Of a DNA stretch of 64,000 nucleotides, positions 36,971-50,697 are shown one piece after another. The notes beneath the pieces were generated by a model. It saw only the letters and a list, made by a program, of their open reading frames with translations, did not search any database and was not told the origin of the DNA. Position numbers and translations under genes: made by a program. The stretch is from Auanema rhodensis. Taxonomy: Eukaryota > Animalia > Nematoda. Position 1 is the stretch's first letter, and each line of letters opens with the position of its first letter. Location of the stretch: contig OZ059894.1 in NCBI GenBank assembly GCA_964057225.1, forward strand, positions 11,408,001-11,472,000, in the 5' to 3' direction.

Positions 36971-39900
36971 ATGGTTTATTGGATAACTAATGTTATGAAA
37001 CAATAAATAACCAATAAAAAAGAGCCCAGAATCGGGGAGACGGTATTACCAGTACAACTTAAAACAACAAGTGATTAAAAAGTACAAAATAAAACACATT
37101 ACCAACAGAGGCTAAAACGACTCAAGAGTCGGGGGAGTGGGTTAAAAAAAGTAATGAATAACAAAAAAAATGAATAATAAAGCAGAACAGTGAAAAGTAA
37201 ATATCAAGTGCCGCTATGATCAAACAATTTGAGTGCCTACGGCAATGGTGTTAAAAATAAACAACAAAATACATGTACCAATGAAGGTCAGAAAGAGAGA
37301 AAGAAAAAAGACAAAAATAAGTAATACAAAAAGTAAAAAATATATTACAATCAAATCACAAACAAGTCAATGGATAATTTCTTCTTCATACTGCCTTACA
37401 CCAGAAACATGTTCCACGTAGATATTCCTGGCCCACTTGATGGTATCGGCGACGACGAGCTTCTCCATTAGCCGGTTGTAGTGGCTGCTGATCTTGAGTG
37501 ATCGGAGGGCTTGTACGTTGAGCGGGTCCATAGTTCCAAGCATTCCTACAACATACGCTTCTACACTAGTCTTATAACCAAGACATTGGTATTGGCTGGC
37601 TATGTCAGCATATTTCCTCTCCTTTATCATACGCGCGGCTATCATGGCTTGTCGGCGGTTTTCATAGCTCACTGTAACATCAACGATACTACAGTGTTTT
37701 GCGTCATGATCGACCACTACTATGTCAGGTCGGAGTGTACTATTAATGCCAGGAAGAGGCTGGTTAGTGTAAACTTCTCCGTTTTTAGGCTCTGGCAGGG
37801 CTTTGATAAGACGGTCCACGATGTTGTTGTGGCGGAGTTGGATTGCTCTCGTGTGAAAGTGGCAGTGTCCAAGAACATGTGCAGCAGTTTCGTTGGGGTA
37901 ACTACACCTGCGGCACTGTTTGTTTCCTTCTCCGTGTCTTCTACAGCCATTGAGCTGGAGAGTATTAAGTCGAGCCTTGTGGATGAATCGCCAATCAGCA
38001 AACCGTATGAAATCTCCCTTCGCCATAAAGTGATTGGACGCTTTGTTGAGCATTGTGACATCAAAGACTTTCCCTTGATCCGGTTTTTGAAGAAGGATCC
38101 GAAGGTCTTTCAGCCATAATGCACGTCGCAGGCTTCTGTGGCATAGTGAAGGTGTTAACAGTTGGTTGTTTAGATTGAGTTCTAAACCACTTTCGAGGCA
38201 TGTCCAGTTAGCGTTGATGAGTTTCTTGAGTTGACGCATCGCTACTCTTACTCTAGTCCAGATGGAGGAAACATCAGATGTTTCGGTGTCGAAAATGCCA
38301 TCAACGGAACCGTTGTAATATGCAGCTGTCTCATCGTTACTGGCTTGACGTTTAATCCTTTTTGATGCTACTTTTATTGAGTCTTGATGCGCAATATCAG
38401 CTACTACAAGATCAGATGACTTCAAAAGTTGGTAGGCATGAGTGACTTCACAGACGTCTGACAGGTGTTGGAGTCGAGAGAGACCAAGTCCGCCGTAGTT
38501 AGTTGGCAGGTAGATTGGTTCAGCACTGGCGTTTGGAGGATAGTGCATCCATCTACGGGCACAGCGTTTGAGTTCTTTGTCAAAGGCGACTAGTTTACTC
38601 TTTGGGACGTGGCCATTCGTCATATGAAAATTAAGGCAGGGCATCAGGAAGGTGCGTACTGCGTCAGCTTTCTGCCATTCAGCCAGTAAGGATTTGTCAA
38701 TTTTTTCCAAGTGTTGACTCATGATATTCACTGTTGGAACCGCAGACTTATGTAAATGCATTCCAGTAGGGATTCCCAGGTGGGAGTAGCTGTCAAATTT
38801 GCTGAGAGCGGGTAGAAAGCAGCTCTGAAGCATGTATGAGGCTGTTGATATTTTCCCTTTGTCGATCGTCAAAGTGGCGCATTTCGCTGGTTTGAAGGTC
38901 AAGCCTGTGAAATTAGCCGCATTTGATGCTGCGTCCAACATTTTCTGTAGATCTTCTGATGATGAGGAGACCAGGGCAAGGTCATCGGCGTACGCTAGCA
39001 CAGCGATGTTGTGATTGTGTAGCTTATAGCCTGTAGAGGTTTCCAAGATGGTTTTAATTAGAGGTTCAATGGCAAGGTTGAACAGGATCGGAGATAGTGG
39101 GGATCCTTGTAACACACCTGCGTGAACTGGAATGGTCGAAGTGAGTCCGGAGCCTGTCTGGATTCTTGTAGAGGCATCTGTGTATAGAGCTCGTACTCGG
39201 GATATTGAGGCTTCAGCCATTCCTGACCATCTTAGAACGTCTAGCAGAGTTTCGTGTGGCAGCGATCCAAAAGCGTTTGCGAGATCAAGCCAAGCAATTG
39301 CAATTTTCTCACGTTTACGTTTAGCGTCTGCAATGGTACTTTGCAACAAAAAGTTGTGTTCCATGCATCCAGCTTTGGCCACAAAGCCCTTTTGGGAGGG
39401 AGAAAGTCTTTTTTCTGCTCTTGCCCATGTTAGCAGTCGATGCGTAAGACAAGCTGAGTACGTCTTACCAATTGTGCACGAAAGTGCTATTGGTCGCCAG
39501 TTGTTAATGTCAGCTTTATCACCTTTCTTATGGATGAGGACGGTGGTCGACTCTTTCCAGGAAAAAGGGATGTGTCCTAGCTTGTGTACGGTGTTAAATA
39601 TCGCTGCTAATATGTGACCTCCTTGGTCAAATTTCTTCCAGTGCGAGTATCGAAGTCCATCAGCTCCTGGAGCCGTATCGCTGCAACGTCGTATGCGTTC
39701 CCAGACTTCCAAAGGGGTGAAAACACCTTCTAATGGGTCGGTACTAGTTGGCAAATCCGGTCTGGTGACTGTGATGGGGAGGGCTGGGCCTTGACTGCTG
39801 TGAACAGAAAGGAAGTGTTTTTCAACATCTGCAGATGGTATGGTGCAGGTTTCACTTTGTTCTCCGAGCAGTTGTCGAAAGGCTTTCTTCTTGTTGGCCC

Positions 39901-40697
39901 TCCAAAGCTTCTGGATCTTCATCGCCTGGGTTTTTTGGTCTTCCTCAGGTTGTGTGTGTGGTCGGCGCCTTTGTCGGAAGTTGGGAACTTTGATCATAAT
40001 GTCAAGAGACTTTCTGATTGTGTCTACCAACTCTTCCAGGACCTGCTCGAGCTCACTTTTGCACACTACCTTTTTAATTCTATCCACCCAAATATTTTCA
40101 GAGTTTCTATTCGGATCAGGGTCGGCAAAAGATGGTTCTGTACTCGGAACCCTGATCTCGTTGAATATTTCACTCTCTCGCGGAAGGGGGGAAACTTCGG
40201 CCTCTGGGGACAAGTCCAGAATTGGGGCCTCAAACAAGCGTACCGTTGATGGAGATCCTTGTTCCTGTCCACTGGATGATGTTTCCTCCATTGTACGCTC
40301 CTCCACGGGCGGGGTGGTCGTCCTTGTGCCTGGTGGGCGGGTGTTCCTGATCCTCCGCAATATAGGGCGGGAACTGGGCTCTCTCGGAGATAGAGGTGAG
40401 ATCACCACAGTTTCCTCTATGATGCGGAGGCATCCTTCAGCTTTTTTCTGATGGCTTTTAACGGCCTTCAGATTGCTGGTGAGGCCACAGGCACGGCACT
40501 CAAATTCTACTCCGACCTCATGTTCTCTCCGAAGATGGCGGACGAGACCATTGTGGTCTGAGTAGGATCGCGGAATAGGAGCGCAGATTGAACAAGAAAA
40601 AGGGCTCTGAAGAGGCACCTTTAGCTTGTAAAGCCCTTGCTCCATCTCTAGCAGATCTAAAGACTTACGTAGTACAGTTGCAATATCGATTTAGCCA
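36971..40697 (-). mobile_element. Utopia-like retrotransposon, copy 4 (full length, variant subfamily)
   Basis: Intact ORF; 3' UTR has indels and substitutions versus other copies. Confidence 0.95.
37367..40645 (-). CDS. Non-LTR retrotransposon polyprotein, 1092 aa (2 ZnF, RT, CCHC, RLE)
   Basis: CSIC..HLRREH; CRAC..H..C; APGADG, WRPIAL, LDLANAFGS, QGSPLSP, YADD; CRRC..HVLGHC, RHN, RPDIV, KERKY. Confidence 0.96.
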   Translation of the reverse strand: MEQGLYKLKVPLQSPFSCSICAPIPRSYSDHNGLVRHLRREHEVGVEFECRACGLTSNLKAVKSHQKKAEGCLRIIEETVVISPLSPREPSSRPILRRIRNTRPPGTRTTTPPVEERTMEETSSSGQEQGSPSTVRLFEAPILDLSPEAEVSPLPRESEIFNEIRVPSTEPSFADPDPNRNSENIWVDRIKKVVCKSELEQVLEELVDTIRKSLDIMIKVPNFRQRRRPHTQPEEDQKTQAMKIQKLWRANKKKAFRQLLGEQSETCTIPSADVEKHFLSVHSSQGPALPITVTRPDLPTSTDPLEGVFTPLEVWERIRRCSDTAPGADGLRYSHWKKFDQGGHILAAIFNTVHKLGHIPFSWKESTTVLIHKKGDKADINNWRPIALSCTIGKTYSACLTHRLLTWARAEKRLSPSQKGFVAKAGCMEHNFLLQSTIADAKRKREKIAIAWLDLANAFGSLPHETLLDVLRWSGMAEASISRVRALYTDASTRIQTGSGLTSTIPVHAGVLQGSPLSPILFNLAIEPLIKTILETSTGYKLHNHNIAVLAYADDLALVSSSSEDLQKMLDAASNAANFTGLTFKPAKCATLTIDKGKISTASYMLQSCFLPALSKFDSYSHLGIPTGMHLHKSAVPTVNIMSQHLEKIDKSLLAEWQKADAVRTFLMPCLNFHMTNGHVPKSKLVAFDKELKRCARRWMHYPPNASAEPIYLPTNYGGLGLSRLQHLSDVCEVTHAYQLLKSSDLVVADIAHQDSIKVASKRIKRQASNDETAAYYNGSVDGIFDTETSDVSSIWTRVRVAMRQLKKLINANWTCLESGLELNLNNQLLTPSLCHRSLRRALWLKDLRILLQKPDQGKVFDVTMLNKASNHFMAKGDFIRFADWRFIHKARLNTLQLNGCRRHGEGNKQCRRCSYPNETAAHVLGHCHFHTRAIQLRHNNIVDRLIKALPEPKNGEVYTNQPLPGINSTLRPDIVVVDHDAKHCSIVDVTVSYENRRQAMIAARMIKERKYADIASQYQCLGYKTSVEAYVVGMLGTMDPLNVQALRSLKISSHYNRLMEKLVVADTIKWARNIYVEHVSGVRQYEEEIIH

Positions 40698-40793
40698 TTA
40701 ACCTTATTGTGAACCAATGGAACACATATCGAAGGTTAATTCGATAAGAACGATTACTACACTTTGATCTTAGCCAAAAGGCCGAGAAGCGAT
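40698..40793 (-). pseudogene. U2: U2 snRNA nt 1-96 fused to element 5' end
   Basis: Same junction as 18649. Confidence 0.93.
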
Positions 40794-41235
40794 ACAGCAT
40801 AGCCATGAGTATCAAAGACATCAAGCAAATGTATCGTACTTGTTACGAGTGCACTCTCTCATTTGAATATAAAAGTGTGGTTTGACAATCTTGACTGTAC
40901 AGGTCATAAATGGCTCATATAAACTGTGGATTTACTCAACTTTTGGACTTATTTTTTTCTTATTCGAAGCGCTGCACTTTTTTCTATTCTTTTTATTCAA
41001 ATACTTGTATATAGTTTTATATGTACGGTTGCAAAGTTTCCGAATATTTTATATATTTTTATACAATAATTAGGAGAAGGTTAATACAATGAAATCTCCC
41101 AACTTTACAGTGTTTGTATTGCTTACAGTATCTAGAACAACCACTCTTGTAATATTAGAGCACATATCAATCAACAACTTTTTCTAGTTATCAAAGCTTT
41201 TTTATTTCTTCAAGATATTTCAAATAAAATATAAA

Positions 41236-41354
41236 AGCTTACGACACCCGGGATTCCCAAGCCGTCTCCGATCCAAGTACTAACCGGGCCCAACGTTGCT
41301 TGACTTGCCAGATCGGACGGGATGGCGTACTTTCAACGTGGTATGGTCGTAAGC
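41236..41354 (-). rRNA. 5S rRNA: 5S rRNA
   Basis: Array copy. Confidence 0.96.
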
Positions 41355-41595
41355 AATGTTATATTCTTCATTATCAGTTATATCACTCTAAATCTTGTTG
41401 TTAATAGTTAGGACCACAAAGAAAACAACAGGAACAGTAACAAATGAAATGCCCAAACTTTACAGTGTTCGAGTTATTTACAGTATCTAAGACTACCTCT
41501 GTCGTGTTATTAGAGCAAACATTCGATTAACAACAACTTTTTTTTAGTTATCAAAGCTTTTTTATTTCTTCAAAAAATTTCAAATAAAATATAAA

Positions 41596-41714
41596 AGCTT
41601 ACGACACCCGGGATTCCCAAGCCGTCTCCGATCCAAGTACTAACCGGGCCCAACGTTGCTTGACTTGCCAGATCGGACGGGATGGCGTACTTTCAACGTG
41701 GTATGGTCGTAAGC
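41596..41714 (-). rRNA. 5S rRNA: 5S rRNA
   Basis: Array copy. Confidence 0.96.
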
Positions 41715-41856
41715 AATGTCATATTCTTCATTATCAGTTATATCACTCTAAATCTTGTTGTTAATAGATACGACCACAAAGAAAACAACAGGAACAGTAA
41801 CAATAACAAAAAAAATTTTTTTTTCACCTATGTGTCTAAAGGTTAGCCATGTATCC

Positions 41857-41892
<36 letters not shown>

Positions 41893-43072
41893 ACAGTAAA
41901 AAGTCCAATCAAGAGAGAAATTTTTTCAACACATAGTTGTTTTTTTTTTAAATATCATTGTTTTTCCTCATAACTCGGTTTAAACTCGTTCTAACCCGTT
42001 GAAATACGTCTAGAAAGTCTTTATAACATGCATATGTATGATAGAACTTCATATTTATTGTAATAGAAAATTTTATTTTCAGACGTCTTGGTTAACAATG
42101 ATATGTTTTACCCCCTTATAATTTTTATCATAATGTTCCTTATACGGAACGCTCAATGAAACTTGCTTCCAGAAAAATTTCTTTCTATTTTTTCTTCATA
42201 TGTACGTAGATACTATAGAGAACTATGATAGAAAACTTTAACATTCACGAAATCATCATTTCTCATTACGCTACGGAGGTTTAAAAAGCTGTGTTTTACC
42301 TTATAATAGACCGGAAAACCCTTGTGTTAAAACTGGACCGTTTTTACACATATAAAAATGTCCCGTATTCGGGACCCTAATGTAACTTTTGATTCCCTAT
42401 ATTTTTTTTCATGAAATTTACAATCTACTGTAGAAAGAAGAATTATTTTTATAAAAACTGTAAATTTTTGAAAAATGAAAACAAAACGAAAACAAAAACA
42501 ACTTTTTTTTGAACATTTTCTCACACAAGGGTCCCCCCTTACCTACTTTTTTTCTCATTACTCGTTTCAACCTCATCCGATCACTCTGCAAACATGTTTA
42601 ATCGTTCTAACTTGTTGAAATACGTCTTAAAAGTCTAAACAACATGCATATGCATAATAGAAACCACCCGAATAGGCCCCCACGCACTAAACGAGATATA
42701 TACATTACCAGTATAGTAATAGAACACATATTGAAGATTAATTCGATAAGAACAATTTATTGACGTAGAGAATGTTTGTTCCGAAAAACTACAATATTAA
42801 ACTATAAAAGTAACAAAAGCGTAGAGGCAGCAAAGACATGAATAAACATAAATGTAAATACAGAATTACCAGGTAGTACATAAGTATGACAAAAAATTAT
42901 AAGAAAGCCATGAAAATAGAAGGTTTGTGAACAAATGAGAGGTACATCTTTGATCGTATAGTCATTTCTAAACCGTTCGTATGCTGCAGCATCGTCATAA
43001 GCGTCACTCAAGTTGAATTTCCATGTGTACTACACGATTTTCATTCTTATTGTTACATTCTTTCCCTGAGGG

Positions 43073-43258
43073 AATGGGCCGTTCCCGCCAGCAGTGCAAG
43101 AGCGGGTCGACCCGTGAGGTGGAGCTAGCAAGCCAGCATCTACCTCAAGTCTCAAAAATCGGTTAACCTTATTGTGAACCAATGGAACACATATCGAAGG
43201 TTAATTCGATAAGAACGATTACTACACTTTGATCTTAGCCAAAAGGCCGAGAAGCGAT
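43073..43258 (-). ncRNA. U2: U2 snRNA
   Basis: Array copy. Confidence 0.95.
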
Positions 43259-43700
43259 ACAGCATAGCCATGAGTATCAAAGACATCAAGCAAATGTATC
43301 GTACTTGTTACGAGTGCACTCTCTCATTTGAATATAAAAGTGTGGTTTGACAATCTTGACTGTACAGGTCATAAATGGCTCATATAAACTGTGGATTTAC
43401 TCAACTTTTGGACTTATTTTTTTCTTATTCGAAGCGCTGCACTTTTTTCTATTCTTTTTATTCAAATACTTGTATATAGTTTTATATGTACGGTTGCAAA
43501 GTTTCCGAATATTTTATATATTTTTATACAATAATTAGGAGAAGGTTAATACAATGAAATCTCCCAACTTTACAGTGTTTGTATTGCTTACAGTATCTAG
43601 AACAACCACTCTTGTAATATTAGAGCACATATCAATCAACAACTTTTTCTAGTTATCAAAGCTTTTTTATTTCTTCAAGATATTTCAAATAAAATATAAA

Positions 43701-43819
43701 AGCTTACGACACCCGGGATTCCCAAGCCGTCTCCGATCCAAGTACTAACCGGGCCCAACGTTGCTTGACTTGCCAGATCGGACGGGATGGCGTACTTTCA
43801 ACGTGGTATGGTCGTAAGC
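43701..43819 (-). rRNA. 5S rRNA: 5S rRNA
   Basis: Array copy. Confidence 0.96.
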
Positions 43820-44060
43820 AATGTTATATTCTTCATTATCAGTTATATCACTCTAAATCTTGTTGTTAATAGTTAGGACCACAAAGAAAACAACAGGAAC
43901 AGTAACAAATGAAATGCCCAAACTTTACAGTGTTCGAGTTATTTACAGTATCTAAGACTACCTCTGTCGTGTTATTAGAGCAAACATTCGATTAACAACA
44001 ACTTTTTTTTAGTTATCAAAGCTTTTTTATTTCTTCAAAAAATTTCAAATAAAATATAAA

Positions 44061-44179
44061 AGCTTACGACACCCGGGATTCCCAAGCCGTCTCCGATCCA
44101 AGTACTAACCGGGCCCAACGTTGCTTGACTTGCCAGATCGGACGGGATGGCGTACTTTCAACGTGGTATGGTCGTAAGC
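44061..44179 (-). rRNA. 5S rRNA: 5S rRNA
   Basis: Array copy. Confidence 0.96.
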
Positions 44180-44321
44180 AATGTCATATTCTTCATTATC
44201 AGTTATATCACTCTAAATCTTGTTGTTAATAGATACGACCACAAAGAAAACAACAGGAACAGTAACAATAACAAAAAAAATTTTTTTTTCACCTATGTGT
44301 CTAAAGGTTAGCCATGTATCC

Positions 44322-44371
<50 letters not shown>

Positions 44372-45551
44372 ACAGTAAAAAGTCCAATCAAGAGAGAAAT
44401 TTTTTCAACACATAGTTGTTTTTTTTTTAAATATCATTGTTTTTCCTCATAACTCGGTTTAAACTCGTTCTAACCCGTTGAAATACGTCTAGAAAGTCTT
44501 TATAACATGCATATGTATGATAGAACTTCATATTTATTGTAATAGAAAATTTTATTTTCAGACGTCTTGGTTAACAATGATATGTTTTACCCCCTTATAA
44601 TTTTTATCATAATGTTCCTTATACGGAACGCTCAATGAAACTTGCTTCCAGAAAAATTTCTTTCTATTTTTTCTTCATATGTACGTAGATACTATAGAGA
44701 ACTATGATAGAAAACTTTAACATTCACGAAATCATCATTTCTCATTACGCTACGGAGGTTTAAAAAGCTGTGTTTTACCTTATAATAGACCGGAAAACCC
44801 TTGTGTTAAAACTGGACCGTTTTTACACATATAAAAATGTCCCGTATTCGGGACCCTAATGTAACTTTTGATTCCCTATATTTTTTTTCATGAAATTTAC
44901 AATCTACTGTAGAAAGAAGAATTATTTTTATAAAAACTGTAAATTTTTGAAAAATGAAAACAAAACGAAAACAAAAACAACTTTTTTTTGAACATTTTCT
45001 CACACAAGGGTCCCCCCTTACCTACTTTTTTTCTCATTACTCGTTTCAACCTCATCCGATCACTCTGCAAACATGTTTAATCGTTCTAACTTGTTGAAAT
45101 ACGTCTTAAAAGTCTAAACAACATGCATATGCATAATAGAAACCACCCGAATAGGCCCCCACGCACTAAACGAGATATATACATTACCAGTATAGTAATA
45201 GAACACATATTGAAGATTAATTCGATAAGAACAATTTATTGACGTAGAGAATGTTTGTTCCGAAAAACTACAATATTAAACTATAAAAGTAACAAAAGCG
45301 TAGAGGCAGCAAAGACATGAATAAACATAAATGTAAATACAGAATTACCAGGTAGTACATAAGTATGACAAAAAATTATAAGAAAGCCATGAAAATAGAA
45401 GGTTTGTGAACAAATGAGAGGTACATCTTTGATCGTATAGTCATTTCTAAACCGTTCGTATGCTGCAGCATCGTCATAAGCGTCACTCAAGTTGAATTTC
45501 CATGTGTACTACACGATTTTCATTCTTATTGTTACATTCTTTCCCTGAGGG

Positions 45552-45737
45552 AATGGGCCGTTCCCGCCAGCAGTGCAAGAGCGGGTCGACCCGTGAGGTG
45601 GAGCTAGCAAGCCAGCATCTACCTCAAGTCTCAAAAATCGGTTAACCTTATTGTGAACCAATGGAACACATATCGAAGGTTAATTCGATAAGAACGATTA
45701 CTACACTTTGATCTTAGCCAAAAGGCCGAGAAGCGAT
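45552..45737 (-). ncRNA. U2: U2 snRNA
   Basis: Array copy. Confidence 0.95.
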
Positions 45738-46179
45738 ACAGCATAGCCATGAGTATCAAAGACATCAAGCAAATGTATCGTACTTGTTACGAGTGCACTC
45801 TCTCATTTGAATATAAAAGTGTGGTTTGACAATCTTGACTGTACAGGTCATAAATGGCTCATATAAACTGTGGATTTACTCAACTTTTGGACTTATTTTT
45901 TTCTTATTCGAAGCGCTGCACTTTTTTCTATTCTTTTTATTCAAATACTTGTATATAGTTTTATATGTACGGTTGCAAAGTTTCCGAATATTTTATATAT
46001 TTTTATACAATAATTAGGAGAAGGTTAATACAATGAAATCTCCCAACTTTACAGTGTTTGTATTGCTTACAGTATCTAGAACAACCACTCTTGTAATATT
46101 AGAGCACATATCAATCAACAACTTTTTCTAGTTATCAAAGCTTTTTTATTTCTTCAAGATATTTCAAATAAAATATAAA

Positions 46180-46298
46180 AGCTTACGACACCCGGGATTC
46201 CCAAGCCGTCTCCGATCCAAGTACTAACCGGGCCCAACGTTGCTTGACTTGCCAGATCGGACGGGATGGCGTACTTTCAACGTGGTATGGTCGTAAGC
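46180..46298 (-). rRNA. 5S rRNA: 5S rRNA
   Basis: Array copy. Confidence 0.96.
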
Positions 46299-46539
46299 AA
46301 TGTTATATTCTTCATTATCAGTTATATCACTCTAAATCTTGTTGTTAATAGTTAGGACCACAAAGAAAACAACAGGAACAGTAACAAATGAAATGCCCAA
46401 ACTTTACAGTGTTCGAGTTATTTACAGTATCTAAGACTACCTCTGTCGTGTTATTAGAGCAAACATTCGATTAACAACAACTTTTTTTTAGTTATCAAAG
46501 CTTTTTTATTTCTTCAAAAAATTTCAAATAAAATATAAA

Positions 46540-46658
46540 AGCTTACGACACCCGGGATTCCCAAGCCGTCTCCGATCCAAGTACTAACCGGGCCCAACGT
46601 TGCTTGACTTGCCAGATCGGACGGGATGGCGTACTTTCAACGTGGTATGGTCGTAAGC
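46540..46658 (-). rRNA. 5S rRNA: 5S rRNA
   Basis: Array copy. Confidence 0.96.
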
Positions 46659-46800
46659 AATGTCATATTCTTCATTATCAGTTATATCACTCTAAATCTT
46701 GTTGTTAATAGATACGACCACAAAGAAAACAACAGGAACAGTAACAATAACAAAAAAAATTTTTTTTTCACCTATGTGTCTAAAGGTTAGCCATGTATCC

Positions 46801-46850
<50 letters not shown>

Positions 46851-48030
46851 ACAGTAAAAAGTCCAATCAAGAGAGAAATTTTTTCAACACATAGTTGTTT
46901 TTTTTTTAAATATCATTGTTTTTCCTCATAACTCGGTTTAAACTCGTTCTAACCCGTTGAAATACGTCTAGAAAGTCTTTATAACATGCATATGTATGAT
47001 AGAACTTCATATTTATTGTAATAGAAAATTTTATTTTCAGACGTCTTGGTTAACAATGATATGTTTTACCCCCTTATAATTTTTATCATAATGTTCCTTA
47101 TACGGAACGCTCAATGAAACTTGCTTCCAGAAAAATTTCTTTCTATTTTTTCTTCATATGTACGTAGATACTATAGAGAACTATGATAGAAAACTTTAAC
47201 ATTCACGAAATCATCATTTCTCATTACGCTACGGAGGTTTAAAAAGCTGTGTTTTACCTTATAATAGACCGGAAAACCCTTGTGTTAAAACTGGACCGTT
47301 TTTACACATATAAAAATGTCCCGTATTCGGGACCCTAATGTAACTTTTGATTCCCTATATTTTTTTTCATGAAATTTACAATCTACTGTAGAAAGAAGAA
47401 TTATTTTTATAAAAACTGTAAATTTTTGAAAAATGAAAACAAAACGAAAACAAAAACAACTTTTTTTTGAACATTTTCTCACACAAGGGTCCCCCCTTAC
47501 CTACTTTTTTTCTCATTACTCGTTTCAACCTCATCCGATCACTCTGCAAACATGTTTAATCGTTCTAACTTGTTGAAATACGTCTTAAAAGTCTAAACAA
47601 CATGCATATGCATAATAGAAACCACCCGAATAGGCCCCCACGCACTAAACGAGATATATACATTACCAGTATAGTAATAGAACACATATTGAAGATTAAT
47701 TCGATAAGAACAATTTATTGACGTAGAGAATGTTTGTTCCGAAAAACTACAATATTAAACTATAAAAGTAACAAAAGCGTAGAGGCAGCAAAGACATGAA
47801 TAAACATAAATGTAAATACAGAATTACCAGGTAGTACATAAGTATGACAAAAAATTATAAGAAAGCCATGAAAATAGAAGGTTTGTGAACAAATGAGAGG
47901 TACATCTTTGATCGTATAGTCATTTCTAAACCGTTCGTATGCTGCAGCATCGTCATAAGCGTCACTCAAGTTGAATTTCCATGTGTACTACACGATTTTC
48001 ATTCTTATTGTTACATTCTTTCCCTGAGGG

Positions 48031-48216
48031 AATGGGCCGTTCCCGCCAGCAGTGCAAGAGCGGGTCGACCCGTGAGGTGGAGCTAGCAAGCCAGCATCTA
48101 CCTCAAGTCTCAAAAATCGGTTAACCTTATTGTGAACCAATGGAACACATATCGAAGGTTAATTCGATAAGAACGATTACTACACTTTGATCTTAGCCAA
48201 AAGGCCGAGAAGCGAT
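48031..48216 (-). ncRNA. U2: U2 snRNA
   Basis: Array copy. Confidence 0.95.
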
Positions 48217-48658
48217 ACAGCATAGCCATGAGTATCAAAGACATCAAGCAAATGTATCGTACTTGTTACGAGTGCACTCTCTCATTTGAATATAAAAGTG
48301 TGGTTTGACAATCTTGACTGTACAGGTCATAAATGGCTCATATAAACTGTGGATTTACTCAACTTTTGGACTTATTTTTTTCTTATTCGAAGCGCTGCAC
48401 TTTTTTCTATTTTTTTTATTCAAATACTTGTATATAGTTTTATATGTACGGTTGCAAAGTTTCCGAATATTTTATATATTTTTATACAATAATTAGGAGA
48501 AGGTTAATACAATGAAATCTCCCAACTTTACAGTGTTTGTATTGCTTACAGTATCTAGAACAACCACTCTTGTAATATTAGAGCACATATCAATCAACAA
48601 CTTTTTCTAGTTATCAAAGCTTTTTTATTTCTTCAAGATATTTCAAATAAAATATAAA

Positions 48659-48777
48659 AGCTTACGACACCCGGGATTCCCAAGCCGTCTCCGATCCAAG
48701 TACTAACCGGGCCCAACGTTGCTTGACTTGCCAGATCGGACGGGATGGCGTACTTTCAACGTGGTATGGTCGTAAGC
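48659..48777 (-). rRNA. 5S rRNA: 5S rRNA
   Basis: Array copy. Confidence 0.96.
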
Positions 48778-49018
48778 AATGTTATATTCTTCATTATCAG
48801 TTATATCACTCTAAATCTTGTTGTTAATAGTTAGGACCACAAAGAAAACAACAGGAACAGTAACAAATGAAATGCCCAAACTTTACAGTGTTCGAGTTAT
48901 TTACAGTATCTAAGACTACCTCTGTCGTGTTATTAGAGCAAACATTCGATTAACAACAACTTTTTTTTAGTTATCAAAGCTTTTTTATTTCTTCAAAAAA
49001 TTTCAAATAAAATATAAA

Positions 49019-49137
49019 AGCTTACGACACCCGGGATTCCCAAGCCGTCTCCGATCCAAGTACTAACCGGGCCCAACGTTGCTTGACTTGCCAGATCGGA
49101 CGGGATGGCGTACTTTCAACGTGGTATGGTCGTAAGC
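49019..49137 (-). rRNA. 5S rRNA: 5S rRNA
   Basis: Array copy. Confidence 0.96.
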
Positions 49138-49279
49138 AATGTCATATTCTTCATTATCAGTTATATCACTCTAAATCTTGTTGTTAATAGATACGACCAC
49201 AAAGAAAACAACAGGAACAGTAACAATAACAAAAAAAATTTTTTTTTCACCTATGTGTCTAAAGGTTAGCCATGTATCC

Positions 49280-49331
<52 letters not shown>

Positions 49332-50511
49332 ACAGTAAAAAGTCCAATCAAGAGAGAAATTTTTTCAACACATAGTTGTTTTTTTTTTAAATATCATTGT
49401 TTTTCCTCATAACTCGGTTTAAACTCGTTCTAACCCGTTGAAATACGTCTAGAAAGTCTTTATAACATGCATATGTATGATAGAACTTCATATTTATTGT
49501 AATAGAAAATTTTATTTTCAGACGTCTTGGTTAACAATGATATGTTTTACCCCCTTATAATTTTTATCATAATGTTCCTTATACGGAACGCTCAATGAAA
49601 CTTGCTTCCAGAAAAATTTCTTTCTATTTTTTCTTCATATGTACGTAGATACTATAGAGAACTATGATAGAAAACTTTAACATTCACGAAATCATCATTT
49701 CTCATTACGCTACGGAGGTTTAAAAAGCTGTGTTTTACCTTATAATAGACCGGAAAACCCTTGTGTTAAAACTGGACCGTTTTTACACATATAAAAATGT
49801 CCCGTATTCGGGACCCTAATGTAACTTTTGATTCCCTATATTTTTTTTCATGAAATTTACAATCTACTGTAGAAAGAAGAATTATTTTTATAAAAACTGT
49901 AAATTTTTGAAAAATGAAAACAAAACGAAAACAAAAACAACTTTTTTTTGAACATTTTCTCACACAAGGGTCCCCCCTTACCTACTTTTTTTCTCATTAC
50001 TCGTTTCAACCTCATCCGATCACTCTGCAAACATGTTTAATCGTTCTAACTTGTTGAAATACGTCTTAAAAGTCTAAACAACATGCATATGCATAATAGA
50101 AACCACCCGAATAGGCCCCCACGCACTAAACGAGATATATACATTACCAGTATAGTAATAGAACACATATTGAAGATTAATTCGATAAGAACAATTTATT
50201 GACGTAGAGAATGTTTGTTCCGAAAAACTACAATATTAAACTATAAAAGTAACAAAAGCGTAGAGGCAGCAAAGACATGAATAAACATAAATGTAAATAC
50301 AGAATTACCAGGTAGTACATAAGTATGACAAAAAATTATAAGAAAGCCATGAAAATAGAAGGTTTGTGAACAAATGAGAGGTACATCTTTGATCGTATAG
50401 TCATTTCTAAACCGTTCGTATGCTGCAGCATCGTCATAAGCTTCACTCAAGTTGAATTTCCATGTGTACTACACGATTTTCATTCTTATTGTTACATTCT
50501 TTCCCTGAGGG

Positions 50512-50697
50512 AATGGGCCGTTCCCGCCAGCAGTGCAAGAGCGGGTCGACCCGTGAGGTGGAGCTAGCAAGCCAGCATCTACCTCAAGTCTCAAAAATCG
50601 GTTAACCTTATTGTGAACCAATGGAACACATATCGAAGGTTAATTCGATAAGAACGATTACTACACTTTGATCTTAGCCAAAAGGCCGAGAAGCGAT
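50512..50697 (-). ncRNA. U2: U2 snRNA
   Basis: Array copy. Confidence 0.95.
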